Of a stretch of DNA of 32,000 nucleotides, positions 9,128-18,418 are shown in pieces. A program made the position numbers and the translations under genes. A model generated the notes under the pieces. That model was not told the origin of the DNA. It worked only from the letters and a program-made list of their open reading frames with translations, and ran no database searches. The DNA is from Rhizobium phage RHEph06: the sequence record JX483878.1. One strand, written 5' to 3'. Numbering within the stretch: the first letter of the stretch is position 1; the number at the start of each line of letters is the position of its first letter.

Positions 9128-10188
9128 TGGTTGACGTAAAACAAAGGATTGACCAGCTTCCCACAACGCTGCTTCCTTCGCTGCAACACGCTTTCCCAGC
9201 GATGAAAGACGGCTTGACTGTTCAGCTCAAAGTCCAGCAGATTATCGATCTTCTGGTTAACGGCGCACCGACTGCACTCGACACCTGGCTTGAGCTGGTT
9301 GGCGCCATTGAAGACGATCAAAGCGCAATCGCGGGAATCAACACTGCCCTCGCCAATCGTCTGCGCTTCGACGCCGCCCAAGCGCTGACCGCGTTGCAGA
9401 AAGCCCAGGCGATCACCAACCTTGGCGCCTCGAATCTTTCGCCGGACTTTATTCAGGGCATGCTCCTGAGCAACGACGGCGGCAACCCGAATACGCATAT
9501 CAACGTGGCGACCGGCTTCTGCAAGAGCGGCGGCATCCTGTTGACCAACAACGCGACGCTGACCAAGCGGCTCGACCAAAACTGGGCAGCAGGCACGGGT
9601 TCGGGCGGCCTCGATACGGGCGTAAAGGGGAACAACGGAACCTATTTCCTTTACGCCTTGCAAAAGACTTCGGACGGCTCGTTCGATTGGGTCTACTCGA
9701 CCTCTGCAACCGTGGCTGGCGTCAACACCACCTTGCTCGCCGGTTACACGGTTATCATGTGCCTGGGCGTTGCCCTCACAGATGGCAGCGGGAACATCCG
9801 CCAATTTACAATGAACAGCGGTGATGAGTATGTTTGGGGGCCTCCGATCAAAGATGCTGTCAGCCTAGGCGTGAGCGCTACCTCTGCTCTTATCGCCCTT
9901 ACTGTGCCCAACGGCGTCAAAGTCAAAGCAAATTTAAGGTTCTACTACTCCTCAGCGTCGACTACCGCGGCTCTCTTGTTAAGTGACCCCTCTCAGGGCA
10001 CGCTTACCGCTGGCCTTGGGAACGACGGTGCCAACGTTGGCTCGGTCCAGGTCGCTTCAAGTTATGCGGTTGGAGCGGATGAGATCTGGACCAACACGGC
10101 AAGGCAAATCCGAGGAGTTGCCGGAGCTTCCGGTAATCTTTGGATTTGGACCGATGGCTTCATTTTCCCCTGTAAAAGGATAGGATAA
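9127..10188 (+). CDS. Tail fibre protein
   Basis: 353 aa; N-terminal 'AALTALQKAQAITNLGAS' type repeat-like segment, C-terminal beta-rich Ser/Thr/Gly sequence. Confidence 0.6.
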   Translation: MVDVKQRIDQLPTTLLPSLQHAFPAMKDGLTVQLKVQQIIDLLVNGAPTALDTWLELVGAIEDDQSAIAGINTALANRLRFDAAQALTALQKAQAITNLGASNLSPDFIQGMLLSNDGGNPNTHINVATGFCKSGGILLTNNATLTKRLDQNWAAGTGSGGLDTGVKGNNGTYFLYALQKTSDGSFDWVYSTSATVAGVNTTLLAGYTVIMCLGVALTDGSGNIRQFTMNSGDEYVWGPPIKDAVSLGVSATSALIALTVPNGVKVKANLRFYYSSASTTAALLLSDPSQGTLTAGLGNDGANVGSVQVASSYAVGADEIWTNTARQIRGVAGASGNLWIWTDGFIFPCKRIG

Positions 10189-10192
10189 TACA

Positions 10193-10558
10193 ATGCCTTA
10201 TGTGCAACGAGACTCAGAGGGCAACATCAGTTGGATGTACTTGAATTTCGGGGAAGGTTACGCCGAAGAATTTCTTCCCGATGACTCGCCTGAAGTTCTG
10301 GCATTCGTTCTATCGCGAAGGCCATCCCCCTACACGGTGTCCCTTGCCTTGATGTGGTCAAGGATGACCGACACCGAGGCTGAACTGGTACAGCAAGCGA
10401 TTGACTTGCTCCCTGTTCGAGCTCAAAACATCATTGCGGCGACCGACGCGCCGTTTTCAGATTCAGATGCCTTCGGTTGGCTTCGCACAGCTATCGAAGA
10501 CGCCACAAGCGCCTCTCGTGCGGACGAGATCATGGCTTGGTTTATGGTAATACTTTAA
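10193..10558 (+). CDS. Hypothetical protein, possibly tail fibre associated
   Basis: 121 aa ORF, tightly spaced after the fibre gene. Confidence 0.4.
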   Translation: MPYVQRDSEGNISWMYLNFGEGYAEEFLPDDSPEVLAFVLSRRPSPYTVSLALMWSRMTDTEAELVQQAIDLLPVRAQNIIAATDAPFSDSDAFGWLRTAIEDATSASRADEIMAWFMVIL

Positions 10559-10571
10559 AAGGAACAAGCTT

Positions 10572-11249
10572 ATGGACCGCAAGATTTTCTTTGATTGCAT
10601 TCGCAAAACCGTTTTCAACGGGTCGCTGACAACGTCCCAGGTAAAAGGGATCGATGCGCTCTTAGATGCTTGCGGTCTCGAGCAGGTCGCAGATGCGCGA
10701 CATGTCGCCTATATCCTGGCGACCCCTATGATCGAGACAGGCGGGACGTTCCTCACAAAGCAGGAGAGCTTGAACTACTCGCCGGACGGGCTGAAAAGCA
10801 CTTTCAGCGCTCGGATCTCAAATGCTCAGGCACAACAGTTCGGTCGCACCACTGCCCACGCGGCGAACCAGCCTGCAATCGCAAACACCGTCTACGGCGG
10901 CGACTGGGGCAAAGAGCATCTCGGAAACGTTCAACCGAATGACGGATGGGACTTCCGAGGCCGTGGCCTTTGTCAGATCACAGGACGCGCGAACTACGAG
11001 CGCTTTGCAAAGCTGCTCGGTCAACCCCTCGACACGAACCCGGATCTGGCGATGGACCTTGACATTGCCGCCAAGATCATGGTAGTCGGCATGCGTGACG
11101 GCCTGTTTACAGGTCGCAAATTGGGCGACTATTTCACTTCGGCAAAAACCGACTGGGTCAACGCCCGCCAGATCATCAACCGGCTCGACAGGGCCAGAGA
11201 TATTGCCGTCTACGCCAGCGGCTTTTTCTCCTGCATTACGCGCTCCTGA
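10572..11249 (+). CDS. Endolysin, glycoside hydrolase family 19 (chitinase-like)
   Basis: 225 aa with 'HVAYILATPMIETGGTF' and 'GWDFRGRGLCQITGRANYERF', GH19 signature. Confidence 0.88.
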   Translation: MDRKIFFDCIRKTVFNGSLTTSQVKGIDALLDACGLEQVADARHVAYILATPMIETGGTFLTKQESLNYSPDGLKSTFSARISNAQAQQFGRTTAHAANQPAIANTVYGGDWGKEHLGNVQPNDGWDFRGRGLCQITGRANYERFAKLLGQPLDTNPDLAMDLDIAAKIMVVGMRDGLFTGRKLGDYFTSAKTDWVNARQIINRLDRARDIAVYASGFFSCITRS

Positions 11250-11258
11250 GGACGAGGA

Positions 11259-11576
11259 ATGTTAAAGAAGCTGCTCGAGCGGGATTGGTTTCTGGACGGC
11301 AAGGGTGATAAGGATTGGGCCATTCGCCGGCGCATCGTTATTTGGATCCTCCTGTGGTCGGTTGCAGAGATCACCTATTTGACCGTGTTCGGGAAGCCGG
11401 ATTCGTTGCGTGAAACGATTGCGACCAATATCATCTTGCTCATGGGCGGCGTGATCGGATCCTACGTCTTCGGCGTCGTATGGGATACGAAGAACAAGGC
11501 GACCACAGAGACGGCGCAAACTGCAATCGAGCAATCGGACAGCGTCAACGTGCAAACGAAAGTTGAATTGCCATGA
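11259..11576 (+). CDS. Putative holin
   Basis: 105 aa, two hydrophobic segments (IVIWILLWSVAEITYLTVF, IATNIILLMGGVIGSYVFGVVW), between endolysin and spanin genes. Confidence 0.6.
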   Translation: MLKKLLERDWFLDGKGDKDWAIRRRIVIWILLWSVAEITYLTVFGKPDSLRETIATNIILLMGGVIGSYVFGVVWDTKNKATTETAQTAIEQSDSVNVQTKVELP

Positions 11577-11989
11577 CCGCGGTTTGGGCTTTCTTGGGCG
11601 GCCTCGCCGGCATCGCGCGAATGATTGCGGCCGCGGCAATCACCGCCGTCGCGTTGATTCTCTATTTCACCTGGGCCGTCATTCCCGAGCGTGAGGAAAA
11701 AGCGCGTGAGGGGTATGTGCTGTTGACACGGGCGACAACGGCCGAGGCGACGGCGCAGGCGTTGCGCGACCAGCTAAAGGCGCAAAGCATCGTTATCGAT
11801 GCTTATCAAACTCAATACCGTAACCAGCTGGCGAAGCAAGAGCAAACCGACGCCGAGGCGGAAGCAAGGATCACCGAGTATGAAGCGCAACCGAAACCTG
11901 ATAGCGCTGACGACAGTCTTACTATCGATCAGTACGATTTCATCGTGCGCCAACGACAATCTCGTAAAGCAGCTTCAAGCGGACGCTAA
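11573..11989 (+). CDS. Rz-like inner-membrane spanin
   Basis: 138 aa, N-terminal TM (VALILYFTWAVI) then charged coiled coil (AQALRDQLKAQSIVIDAYQTQYRNQLAKQEQTDAEAEARI). Confidence 0.7.
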   Translation: MTAVWAFLGGLAGIARMIAAAAITAVALILYFTWAVIPEREEKAREGYVLLTRATTAEATAQALRDQLKAQSIVIDAYQTQYRNQLAKQEQTDAEAEARITEYEAQPKPDSADDSLTIDQYDFIVRQRQSRKAASSGR

Positions 11990-12215
11990 GAAGCAGGGCG
12001 AGATCAATGCGGGGATTAATCTTCCGCCCTACCCTGCCGAGTGCTGGCAGGACGAACCTTACATCCCCATCAAGCCCGGCGATCAAAAGGTCGCTATCAT
12101 CGATCGTTCGGATCGCGCTATCGATCGAGCGAACGCCCGCAAGAACAGATGCGGCCCAGTGTTTTACGGGAACGTCCTAAAGCAATTCGACACATCGCAG
12201 AAAATAGCGCGTTAA
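11880..12215 (+). CDS. Rz1-like outer-membrane spanin lipoprotein, +1-type overlap with the Rz-like gene
   Basis: The ORF in the track starts at 11799, but the internal ATG at 11880 gives MKRNRNLIALTTVLLSISTISSCANDN, a signal sequence plus lipobox (ISSC), with aagga upstream. Confidence 0.75.
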   Translation: MKRNRNLIALTTVLLSISTISSCANDNLVKQLQADAKKQGEINAGINLPPYPAECWQDEPYIPIKPGDQKVAIIDRSDRAIDRANARKNRCGPVFYGNVLKQFDTSQKIAR

Positions 12216-12386
12216 ACGTGTCAATCCCTCTTTCCCTTGCCTAATAAAGCGCCTAACGTCGCATGAAACAAACATGCGCCACATGGGTTTAATTAGCGGG
12301 GTCCTGGGCGATGACACAAGTACTTTCTGCTCCAGGAGGCGGCACTGGACAACCATAATGAGCCACCCCACCGAAAGCTGGTCGAG

Positions 12387-12686
12387 GTGTTGAGCATGCA
12401 GCGAATTACATTAAGTGATGAAGACGCTGAGCACATCCGCGACTGGCAACGCCTCTCTAGCGATGAAAAAGAAGCTATCAACAAACTCGCCAAAGCCCTC
12501 GGCGACGAAGCCAAGCGAAAAAGTCTTTATGATCTTCTCGCTGCTCAAAGCGAGATCGCAAACATGATTGCAATCAAGGCGCATTTGTCTTGGTTCATGG
12601 GAATGCTTTTCAAGGCCGGCACGCTGGCGACTGTGGCATTGGCTCTGGCGGGGGTCTACAAGCTCTTTTTCGGAGGCAAAACCTGA
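12387..12686 (+). CDS. Small membrane protein, hypothetical (start GTG 12387 or ATG 12396)
   Basis: 99 aa, helical charged N-terminus and one TM (AGTLATVALALAGVYKLFF). Confidence 0.5.
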   Translation: MLSMQRITLSDEDAEHIRDWQRLSSDEKEAINKLAKALGDEAKRKSLYDLLAAQSEIANMIAIKAHLSWFMGMLFKAGTLATVALALAGVYKLFFGGKT

Positions 12687-13303
12687 TGCTTTATATGAAG
12701 ACGCTTGCTAAGGCGATCATTCCTCACAAGCCCCACGATATTGTAATTGTTTCAGCTTTGACGGCTTTGTTTACCTGGGCGGGGTTTCAAGTCCTCTTGC
12801 AATCGCCACCCCGGGCGATTGTCAATGCTGAAACAACCTGGCCGAGCTCGGTTCCGAGGGGCGGCTTCTTCTACCTCAATTTCGATTTGACCTTTGACAA
12901 GTCTTGCACGCTCAAGGCCAAGCGGATCATCACGGCGAGCGACGGCGTGGAATACCTCGCTCAGCAGGATGAAAAAGATGTAGCGGCTGGCGAGCGCATC
13001 AAGTACACGGTGACGGTTCCCGTGAACGAATCCCTGCCGGCCGGTCCCGCGTTCATTCGATCTCAAATCAGCTACGAGTGTGACTTCTGGAGTCGATGGA
13101 TCCGAAGCATCACTCAAGCGGGGAGGGCTCGTCGGTTTCTGATAACGGATCCCGTTCAACCCTCGGCGCTCGAGCTCGATCAAAGTGCCTGCCTGTTACC
13201 GAACCGACCTGGGTTCACCGTCGTCCGTGCTCATTACCGACGCGTCGCCGCGTTATCGGCAGCAGATACTCGACGGCCCATTTCGCCGCCTGATAAGCAG
13301 TAG
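12686..13303 (+). CDS. Membrane-anchored protein with beta-rich ectodomain, hypothetical
   Basis: ATG at 12686 overlaps the preceding stop (tgATG). 205 aa: MLYMKTLAKAIIPHKPHDIVIVSALTALFTWAGFQVLLQ... then FFYLNFDLTFDKSCTLKAKRII...YTVTVPVNESLPAG. Confidence 0.5.
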   Translation: MLYMKTLAKAIIPHKPHDIVIVSALTALFTWAGFQVLLQSPPRAIVNAETTWPSSVPRGGFFYLNFDLTFDKSCTLKAKRIITASDGVEYLAQQDEKDVAAGERIKYTVTVPVNESLPAGPAFIRSQISYECDFWSRWIRSITQAGRARRFLITDPVQPSALELDQSACLLPNRPGFTVVRAHYRRVAALSAADTRRPISPPDKQ

Positions 13304-13517
13304 CGAAGCAGAGATCGCCATCCACCCATCCGCTCGGCGTCTTTGAAAAAGACGCGAATGGCGTCCGATCATCCGGTCGGACGTAAAGGAAGAGGCGCGT
13401 TGCACTCAACCTGGGCGCGTGCTGCGGAAAACTTTGCGCTAGCTTGATCTGTTCCCCGTTGACGTATTGAACGCCGGGTTTTCCTCGCCATGCTTCACCG
13501 CGCTTTGTCTTCGTCAT
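13215..13517 (-). CDS. Hypothetical protein
   Basis: 100 aa ORF at the 3' end of the - strand block; its 3' end overlaps the convergent + gene by 89 bp. Confidence 0.4.
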   Translation of the reverse strand: MTKTKRGEAWRGKPGVQYVNGEQIKLAQSFPQHAPRLSATRLFLYVRPDDRTPFASFSKTPSGWVDGDLCFATAYQAAKWAVEYLLPITRRRVGNEHGRR

Positions 13518-13618
13518 TCTCTGCTTCCGTTATTGACCATCAGGGCGGGGCCTGGACCCTAAGTGTTCCGTGGCCCTCGCCGTCAATTTGGGGGAATTCG
13601 GGGCGATTGTCGCCCCGT

Positions 13619-14320
13619 TTATTTCGCTGCTTTGTTCGCCGAGAACCAACGCTGATATTGGGTCCGGGCGGTCGAATAGTTGATCCCGTGTTCCGAGGTC
13701 AGCGCGATCACCGCGGCCTTGCGCGACAGGGTCGGATTGGCCGACAGGAAGGCATGGATATAAGCGACCGGGGATTCCTTGCTCGACTTGTTGTAATTCG
13801 CGACCTGCTTGTACGACTTCATCTTTTCAGGGGCGGCGGGCGCAGCAACCGGGGCGGCTTCCTCTGTGGTTGCTTTAACAAGGGTTTTAACCTGCTCGAC
13901 GGTTGCGCGCATTTCATCGAGCTTTTCTTTTGTGACTTCGATCAAATCAGACTCGACCGAAGGACGACCTTCTTGGGCGGCGAGCTCCTCGGAGGTCGCT
14001 TCGAAGTCGTCGGCTTTGCCGAGTACTTCGCTTGCGTCCGAGATGTACCAGCGACCTTCGGATTCATATGCGACGGCATTTTCCATGCCGGCGCGCTTTG
14101 CGCCACGGAGTGCAGTTGACTTGGAAGAATAAGAGGGGGTTGCTTCGAAGTCGTCGGCTTTGCCGCCCGCAACATACGCGGCGTCAAACGCAGCGCGTTC
14201 AGCACGGTAGGTTTCAAGCAGGGGCATATGGCGTGCCTTGCGCCAATCGGCGAACGGGGCAAGATCACGGTCGATACGGAAGGCGTTCAATTCGGCGAGG
14301 AGTTCAACATTGTTTGCCAT
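13619..14320 (-). CDS. Protein with C-terminal TARTQYQRW module (paralog 1)
   Basis: 233 aa ending AAVIALTSEHGINYSTARTQYQRWFSANKAAK. Preceded by promoter-like TTGCTT-17-GATAAC and RBS AAAGGGACCCC. Confidence 0.65.
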   Translation of the reverse strand: MANNVELLAELNAFRIDRDLAPFADWRKARHMPLLETYRAERAAFDAAYVAGGKADDFEATPSYSSKSTALRGAKRAGMENAVAYESEGRWYISDASEVLGKADDFEATSEELAAQEGRPSVESDLIEVTKEKLDEMRATVEQVKTLVKATTEEAAPVAAPAAPEKMKSYKQVANYNKSSKESPVAYIHAFLSANPTLSRKAAVIALTSEHGINYSTARTQYQRWFSANKAAK

Positions 14321-14354
14321 TGGAGGGGTCCCTTTGTTGGCGTTGCGATGATTT

Positions 14355-14383
14355 GTTATCGCATCTAGACGCTAGACAAGCAA
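14355..14383 (-). promoter_or_regulatory. Promoter-like element TTGCTT-N17-GATAAC
   Basis: -35 complement aagcaa 14378-14383, -10 complement gttatc 14355-14360, 17-bp spacer. Same architecture at three other - strand sites. Confidence 0.6.
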
Positions 14384-14413
14384 CCTAAAAAGAGATGTCG
14401 AGGCAAAAATAAT

Positions 14414-14443
14414 CCCCGGCCAGGTTAGCGGACCTGACCGGGG
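14414..14443 (-). terminator. Rho-independent terminator
   Basis: ccccggccaggt-tagcgg-acctgaccgggg: 12-bp stem with one mismatch. The - strand continues ATTATTTTTG after the stem. Confidence 0.7.
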
Positions 14444-14511
14444 ACCCTCATGCGGGGCAAGCAGGGGTTGGGGTGGCGGCGAAACCCCTGCCACAGGAGG
14501 CCCCGCCGAGC

Positions 14512-14913
14512 TCAGACGGGACGGTGTTCCTTGAACCATTTCTGGTACTGGGTGCGCGCCGTCGCGAAATTGACGCCCTTGGCATGAAGTTTGGCGATAG
14601 CCTCTTTGCGGGGCAGCTCGGGGTTCTTGTCAAGGAACTTCCGACAGAATTCCACAGGACGCGCGACCCTCGACCTAGATTCGGTCGCAGCATCGGGCGC
14701 AGCATCGGGCGCAGGCCCGAGATCGTTGTCATGGGCGACGCCCTCGAGCAGAGTCGCGACCGAGGTGACATCTTCGGCGACCTTGTCGATTGTTCGCTTG
14801 AAGGTCATATTGACGGTCTTGACCTTTGTGAGGCCCTGAGTGTGTTTCGCCAGCTGGTCGATCTTACGCAGCAGGACCGCTACGCGTTCAGCATTCACTA
14901 CTTGAGCTTGCAT
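14512..14913 (-). CDS. Protein with C-terminal TARTQYQKW module (paralog 2)
   Basis: The track ORF begins at 14973, but the internal ATG (MQAQVVNAERVAV...) has CAGGGAAGGGACC upstream. Ends FLDKNPELPRKEAIAKLHAKGVNFATARTQYQKWFKEHRPV. Confidence 0.6.
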   Translation of the reverse strand: MQAQVVNAERVAVLLRKIDQLAKHTQGLTKVKTVNMTFKRTIDKVAEDVTSVATLLEGVAHDNDLGPAPDAAPDAATESRSRVARPVEFCRKFLDKNPELPRKEAIAKLHAKGVNFATARTQYQKWFKEHRPV

Positions 14914-14963
14914 TTCATGGTCCCTTCCCTGTTTTGTGTGAGACTGATGCACTTGCAAGAATA

Positions 14964-14992
14964 TGTATCTCATAACAGGGAATGATAATCAA
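14964..14992 (-). promoter_or_regulatory. Promoter-like element TTGATT-N17-GATACA
   Basis: -35 complement aatcaa 14987-14992, -10 complement tgtatc 14964-14969, upstream of the gene starting at 14913. Confidence 0.45.
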
Positions 14993-15000
14993 CCCTCACC

Positions 15001-17052
15001 TCATGCGGCGAGCTTATCCTTTTGCTCAAAGTCTTCCAACATACTTAATGCGCGTTCGACATAATAGGTATAATCAAGGTCACCCGGGATAGCCCCAGGC
15101 ATCACCATACAGGGCCGTGCCCCCACCGAACGAGGTACGAAGTTACCATTTTTCGCATTTACGATAGGCCCTCCCGCCTCGGTTGAATAATACCAGCGAA
15201 TGGCTTTGCCCAAGAATTCACCATCCTTGAACGCGCCGCCGTTCACCCGTCGTACTTCAACAAACTTTCTCATGTCTGTACACTCACGAATTGACTTATC
15301 CACAGGTTTCCCGGTTGCGAGATAAACGATGACCGCTTCGGCGCAAATATCGCACGTCGGATTCCACTTGAGGGGGTAGGCGTCGGTAATCTTGCGGTAA
15401 GCCCCAATTGACTTGGCGTACTTGAACCCGTCCTTGACCTTTTCATCCGGCTTCTCGAGCAGGGCAATATAGTTGTTGACGTCTCGAGCGTAAACAGCTT
15501 TGAAGTTTTTGGACTCGAGACCGAGCCCTGTTACCCGCTCCCAATCGGACATGATTTGCTTCTTGGTCTCGAGCAGGTGGCGAGGGCATTTAACGGTCAC
15601 ACCGTCGGTGTTGGCCGAGATGACTTGAATGCCGGCGAGCTCAAGTGCTTCGATCAACATCAAAAGCGATAGCTGCCCCGTCAACGTGACCTGGATCATC
15701 ATCTCAGGGTAATAGACGACCGAGTGCCCGCCTCGCTCGCCTGTCTTGCCAAACGTCCCGTTAAGAACGATCTTGAGGGTCTCGGCCGTGTCCTTGTCGC
15801 CCGCCGCTTTCGCTGCGAGACGTCGGTCGTAGATGCGTTTGAAAACCTGGATGAACGCGGGACCGACGTTGGGCGGGTACATCCCCTGCTGGATCATGAG
15901 GGAGGGGTAGTAAGATGTCACGTCATTATCGGACAGTTCGTAAAACTCGTCCGCGATGTGGATCATCTTCTTTTCTTGGGAATGCAATCCCCCGATACCG
16001 ATGTTGTAACTTGTCCCGCCGATCACAAAAGTGAGCTTCTTGAGCTCCTCGGATTCGGTCGGCGAACCATAGGCATCAATCGTGAAGACTTGGCGATGAA
16101 TGAAATCATAAACCCATTGCAAGGTCGGCGATTTGTACTTGACGTACTTGGGCGCGCGATACGTGAATGTGCGACCCGGTTCGATGGTCGCCCGTGGGAT
16201 GTATTTCATCCCGGTGATGCGTTTGATCTCCGCCTGAATGACCGCCTCGGCGATCTGAGGATCGGACTTTGATCTAACGTCAACCTTGTATTCTTTGGTC
16301 AGGATTTCGCGAAGCTCAATCGCCGTCTTGTGTTTGAGATAAAGAAACTTGGTATTGTCAAGGTCGTTGCCCCAATACCAACGAACGATAGTGATTTGAT
16401 CCTCGCTCAACATCGTGCCAGCAGGGAAGGGCAGATCTGACATCCTGGGCGCATGGATTCGACCAGCTGAGATTTTCAACGACGGACCGAGCGGGGTCAG
16501 CTCGAGCAGGTCGATGTGATCGATAAACATCGGTTTGAGTTTGTGTTGCTTTAAAAAGTCGCGCGGCGTCAACCCTTGCCCATATTCCCCACCGTTGATA
16601 AGTTCATCTGAGCACCTGGCGAGCTCGGCAGGGGTTTTGCCGGCGAGGATCGCAATGGCAAGCGGGATGTCGAAGTTCGTATCATTGAACCCGATAATGG
16701 TCAGGTTGCGCAAACACCATTCAAACTTCTCGTGCTCAAGCCCTTCCAATCGCTCGCCAGCGAGCAGTTCAAACTTAATCGTCTTCCCGGATACGACGCT
16801 GCGGAAGCCAAAGAGGGTGAAGTTTGGATAAGACTCGATGTCCCAGGTGAAGCGTTCCTTGGCGTCTTTCGCCGCCAATATCTCTTGCGGGGTCATGAGG
16901 TCGAACACATACGCCCGCGCCTCTTCAAGCCCGGGCAGATAATCAGGTTTCAACCAAATGGGCTCGGGCGGTTCACGTTTGACCTTTTCCTTGGCGACGC
17001 GGGGCGCGACATAGTCATCCCAAAAGAGGCCCGTTGTATCCCAGCGCGACAT
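15001..17052 (-). CDS. DNA polymerase, family B, with 3'-5' exonuclease
   Basis: Exo I FTWDIESYPN, Exo II IIGFNDTNFDIPL, Exo III YWGND, motif A DVTSYYPSLM, motif B LKIVLNGTFG, motif C-like ANTDGV. The ATG at 17052 (MSRWDTTGLFWDDY) lies just after the clamp gene stop and is more likely than 17130. Confidence 0.85.
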   Translation of the reverse strand: MSRWDTTGLFWDDYVAPRVAKEKVKREPPEPIWLKPDYLPGLEEARAYVFDLMTPQEILAAKDAKERFTWDIESYPNFTLFGFRSVVSGKTIKFELLAGERLEGLEHEKFEWCLRNLTIIGFNDTNFDIPLAIAILAGKTPAELARCSDELINGGEYGQGLTPRDFLKQHKLKPMFIDHIDLLELTPLGPSLKISAGRIHAPRMSDLPFPAGTMLSEDQITIVRWYWGNDLDNTKFLYLKHKTAIELREILTKEYKVDVRSKSDPQIAEAVIQAEIKRITGMKYIPRATIEPGRTFTYRAPKYVKYKSPTLQWVYDFIHRQVFTIDAYGSPTESEELKKLTFVIGGTSYNIGIGGLHSQEKKMIHIADEFYELSDNDVTSYYPSLMIQQGMYPPNVGPAFIQVFKRIYDRRLAAKAAGDKDTAETLKIVLNGTFGKTGERGGHSVVYYPEMMIQVTLTGQLSLLMLIEALELAGIQVISANTDGVTVKCPRHLLETKKQIMSDWERVTGLGLESKNFKAVYARDVNNYIALLEKPDEKVKDGFKYAKSIGAYRKITDAYPLKWNPTCDICAEAVIVYLATGKPVDKSIRECTDMRKFVEVRRVNGGAFKDGEFLGKAIRWYYSTEAGGPIVNAKNGNFVPRSVGARPCMVMPGAIPGDLDYTYYVERALSMLEDFEQKDKLAA

Positions 17053-17054
17053 GC

Positions 17055-18029
17055 TTAAACCTTCTGCCCGACCAGCGCCCCTCGCAGGTTCTTCCCTCGG
17101 AATATACACGGGCGAGGGTAGGCGCTCCAATCGATTGTTTGAGCAACTTGGCCGAGGATGCTCAATTGCTTTTGCTGATAGGATTGCATTTCAGTGACCA
17201 CAGGAAGGTCAATCTCGATGCTGGTGCCTTCGCCGTCGTTTCGACTTGTGGCGATGCTGGTCGAGGTGAGGTAGAGCGAATTGCTTTCGAGCAGGAACGG
17301 CTTAAGCGTCTCGACGGCTTCGAAGAACTCGGACGGGAAGGGCAATTGCGGCCCGTCCTCTGTGGACATAATGTCCTGCACCCTCGCCACGGGCCACATG
17401 TCACCTTCTATCAGTTTCGACCAAAGCCATTTCTTCTCGCCCCATCGGAACGAGATCGAATGATTGGTGATCTGAACCTTGGTCGGGGGTTCGCCAATGC
17501 GAAGCAGCTCGTTGATTGCGATGTCCGGGATGACCGCATCGAAGGGCAACGTAAGACCGTGCCAGTACTCGGCGAGCATGACGTTGTTGGTCGCCAGCAT
17601 CGACCCCGATTGGACTTTAATTCCCATCGCCCACGGGCGGGACGCGTCAATGCCCATGACAGGGGCGAGGGCTTTCAGGCCGGCATAGAACGCTTCGTTC
17701 AACTCGACGCTTTCGCCCTCGGGTTCCGAGTACGTGACGGCGGCGTCCTCGGTCATGCATTCGACCAAGCTTTTGAATTTGCCCGACTTGACCGAGAGCT
17801 TTCCGCCTGGGGTCATGTTTAGCGCAATTGTGCTGGTGCACGCTTTGATTGCCGCGAGCAGCTTGGATGCATTCGGGTAGATATCAAGATCAACATCGAT
17901 GTCCGAGCTCAGGGCGATATCGCCATTGAAGCCGGTGACACGACCGTCCTTGATTTTGAAATGGGTCAATCCTTGAACATAATCTTTCTTCGCGACCGCG
18001 GCCGCAACGAAGCGCAGGGAATCAAGCAT
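17055..18029 (-). CDS. DNA polymerase sliding clamp, beta-like
   Basis: 324 aa with divergent beta-clamp features (VTGFNGDIALSSDI..., KVQSGSMLATNNVMLAEYWHG...AVIPDIAINELLRI). Adjacent to the polymerase. Confidence 0.65.
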   Translation of the reverse strand: MLDSLRFVAAAVAKKDYVQGLTHFKIKDGRVTGFNGDIALSSDIDVDLDIYPNASKLLAAIKACTSTIALNMTPGGKLSVKSGKFKSLVECMTEDAAVTYSEPEGESVELNEAFYAGLKALAPVMGIDASRPWAMGIKVQSGSMLATNNVMLAEYWHGLTLPFDAVIPDIAINELLRIGEPPTKVQITNHSISFRWGEKKWLWSKLIEGDMWPVARVQDIMSTEDGPQLPFPSEFFEAVETLKPFLLESNSLYLTSTSIATSRNDGEGTSIEIDLPVVTEMQSYQQKQLSILGQVAQTIDWSAYPRPCIFRGKNLRGALVGQKV

Positions 18030-18113
18030 AGGTCATCCCCAAAATCAGAACGCCAATAACCGCGAGCAGGAACCCGCAGCCGATCCAAAAATAGTCGGGG
18101 CAAGGATCGCCGT

Positions 18114-18407
18114 TCATTCGATCACCACCCCTTCCCATTCCTCCCAAACCTGGGTGTAGGCTTCGTTGGAGAAAGGATCGCCTTCTTCATCGACCCCGGA
18201 GCTGGCGGGGTAGTGTTGTTCTTTGCGCTCGAATTTGACGATCTCAGCTTTGTCAACTGAATACATCGTGCCGCTTCCGAAAGCCCCGTACTGGGGCGAC
18301 TTGAAAACGACAGGCATCCGGTCGTCAAGCCCGTCAAGAAGCTTGACCAGTTCCCCGACCGTCAAGGTCGTAAAAGCGTAGCTTTGCGGATAAATTGTCT
18401 TTGCCAT
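18114..18407 (-). CDS. Hypothetical protein
   Basis: The track ORF starts at 18422. The second ATG (MAKTIYPQSYAF...) at 18407 has the recurrent leader GAGGAACCCCGAAATG. Confidence 0.5.
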   Translation of the reverse strand: MAKTIYPQSYAFTTLTVGELVKLLDGLDDRMPVVFKSPQYGAFGSGTMYSVDKAEIVKFERKEQHYPASSGVDEEGDPFSNEAYTQVWEEWEGVVIE

Positions 18408-18418
18408 TTCGGGGTTCC

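Noticed and set aside
12260-12278. Small stem CGCATG-7-CATGCG after the Rz1-like gene
   Set aside because: Only 6 bp and not followed by a T tract, so not enough to call a terminator or RNA.
13490-14119. 209-aa + strand ORF
   Set aside because: Antisense to paralog 1, whose - strand product shares the TARTQYQ motif with three other proteins.
15724-18029. Several 100-260 aa + strand ORFs in the polymerase/clamp region
   Set aside because: Antisense to polymerase motifs that are clearly readable on the - strand.
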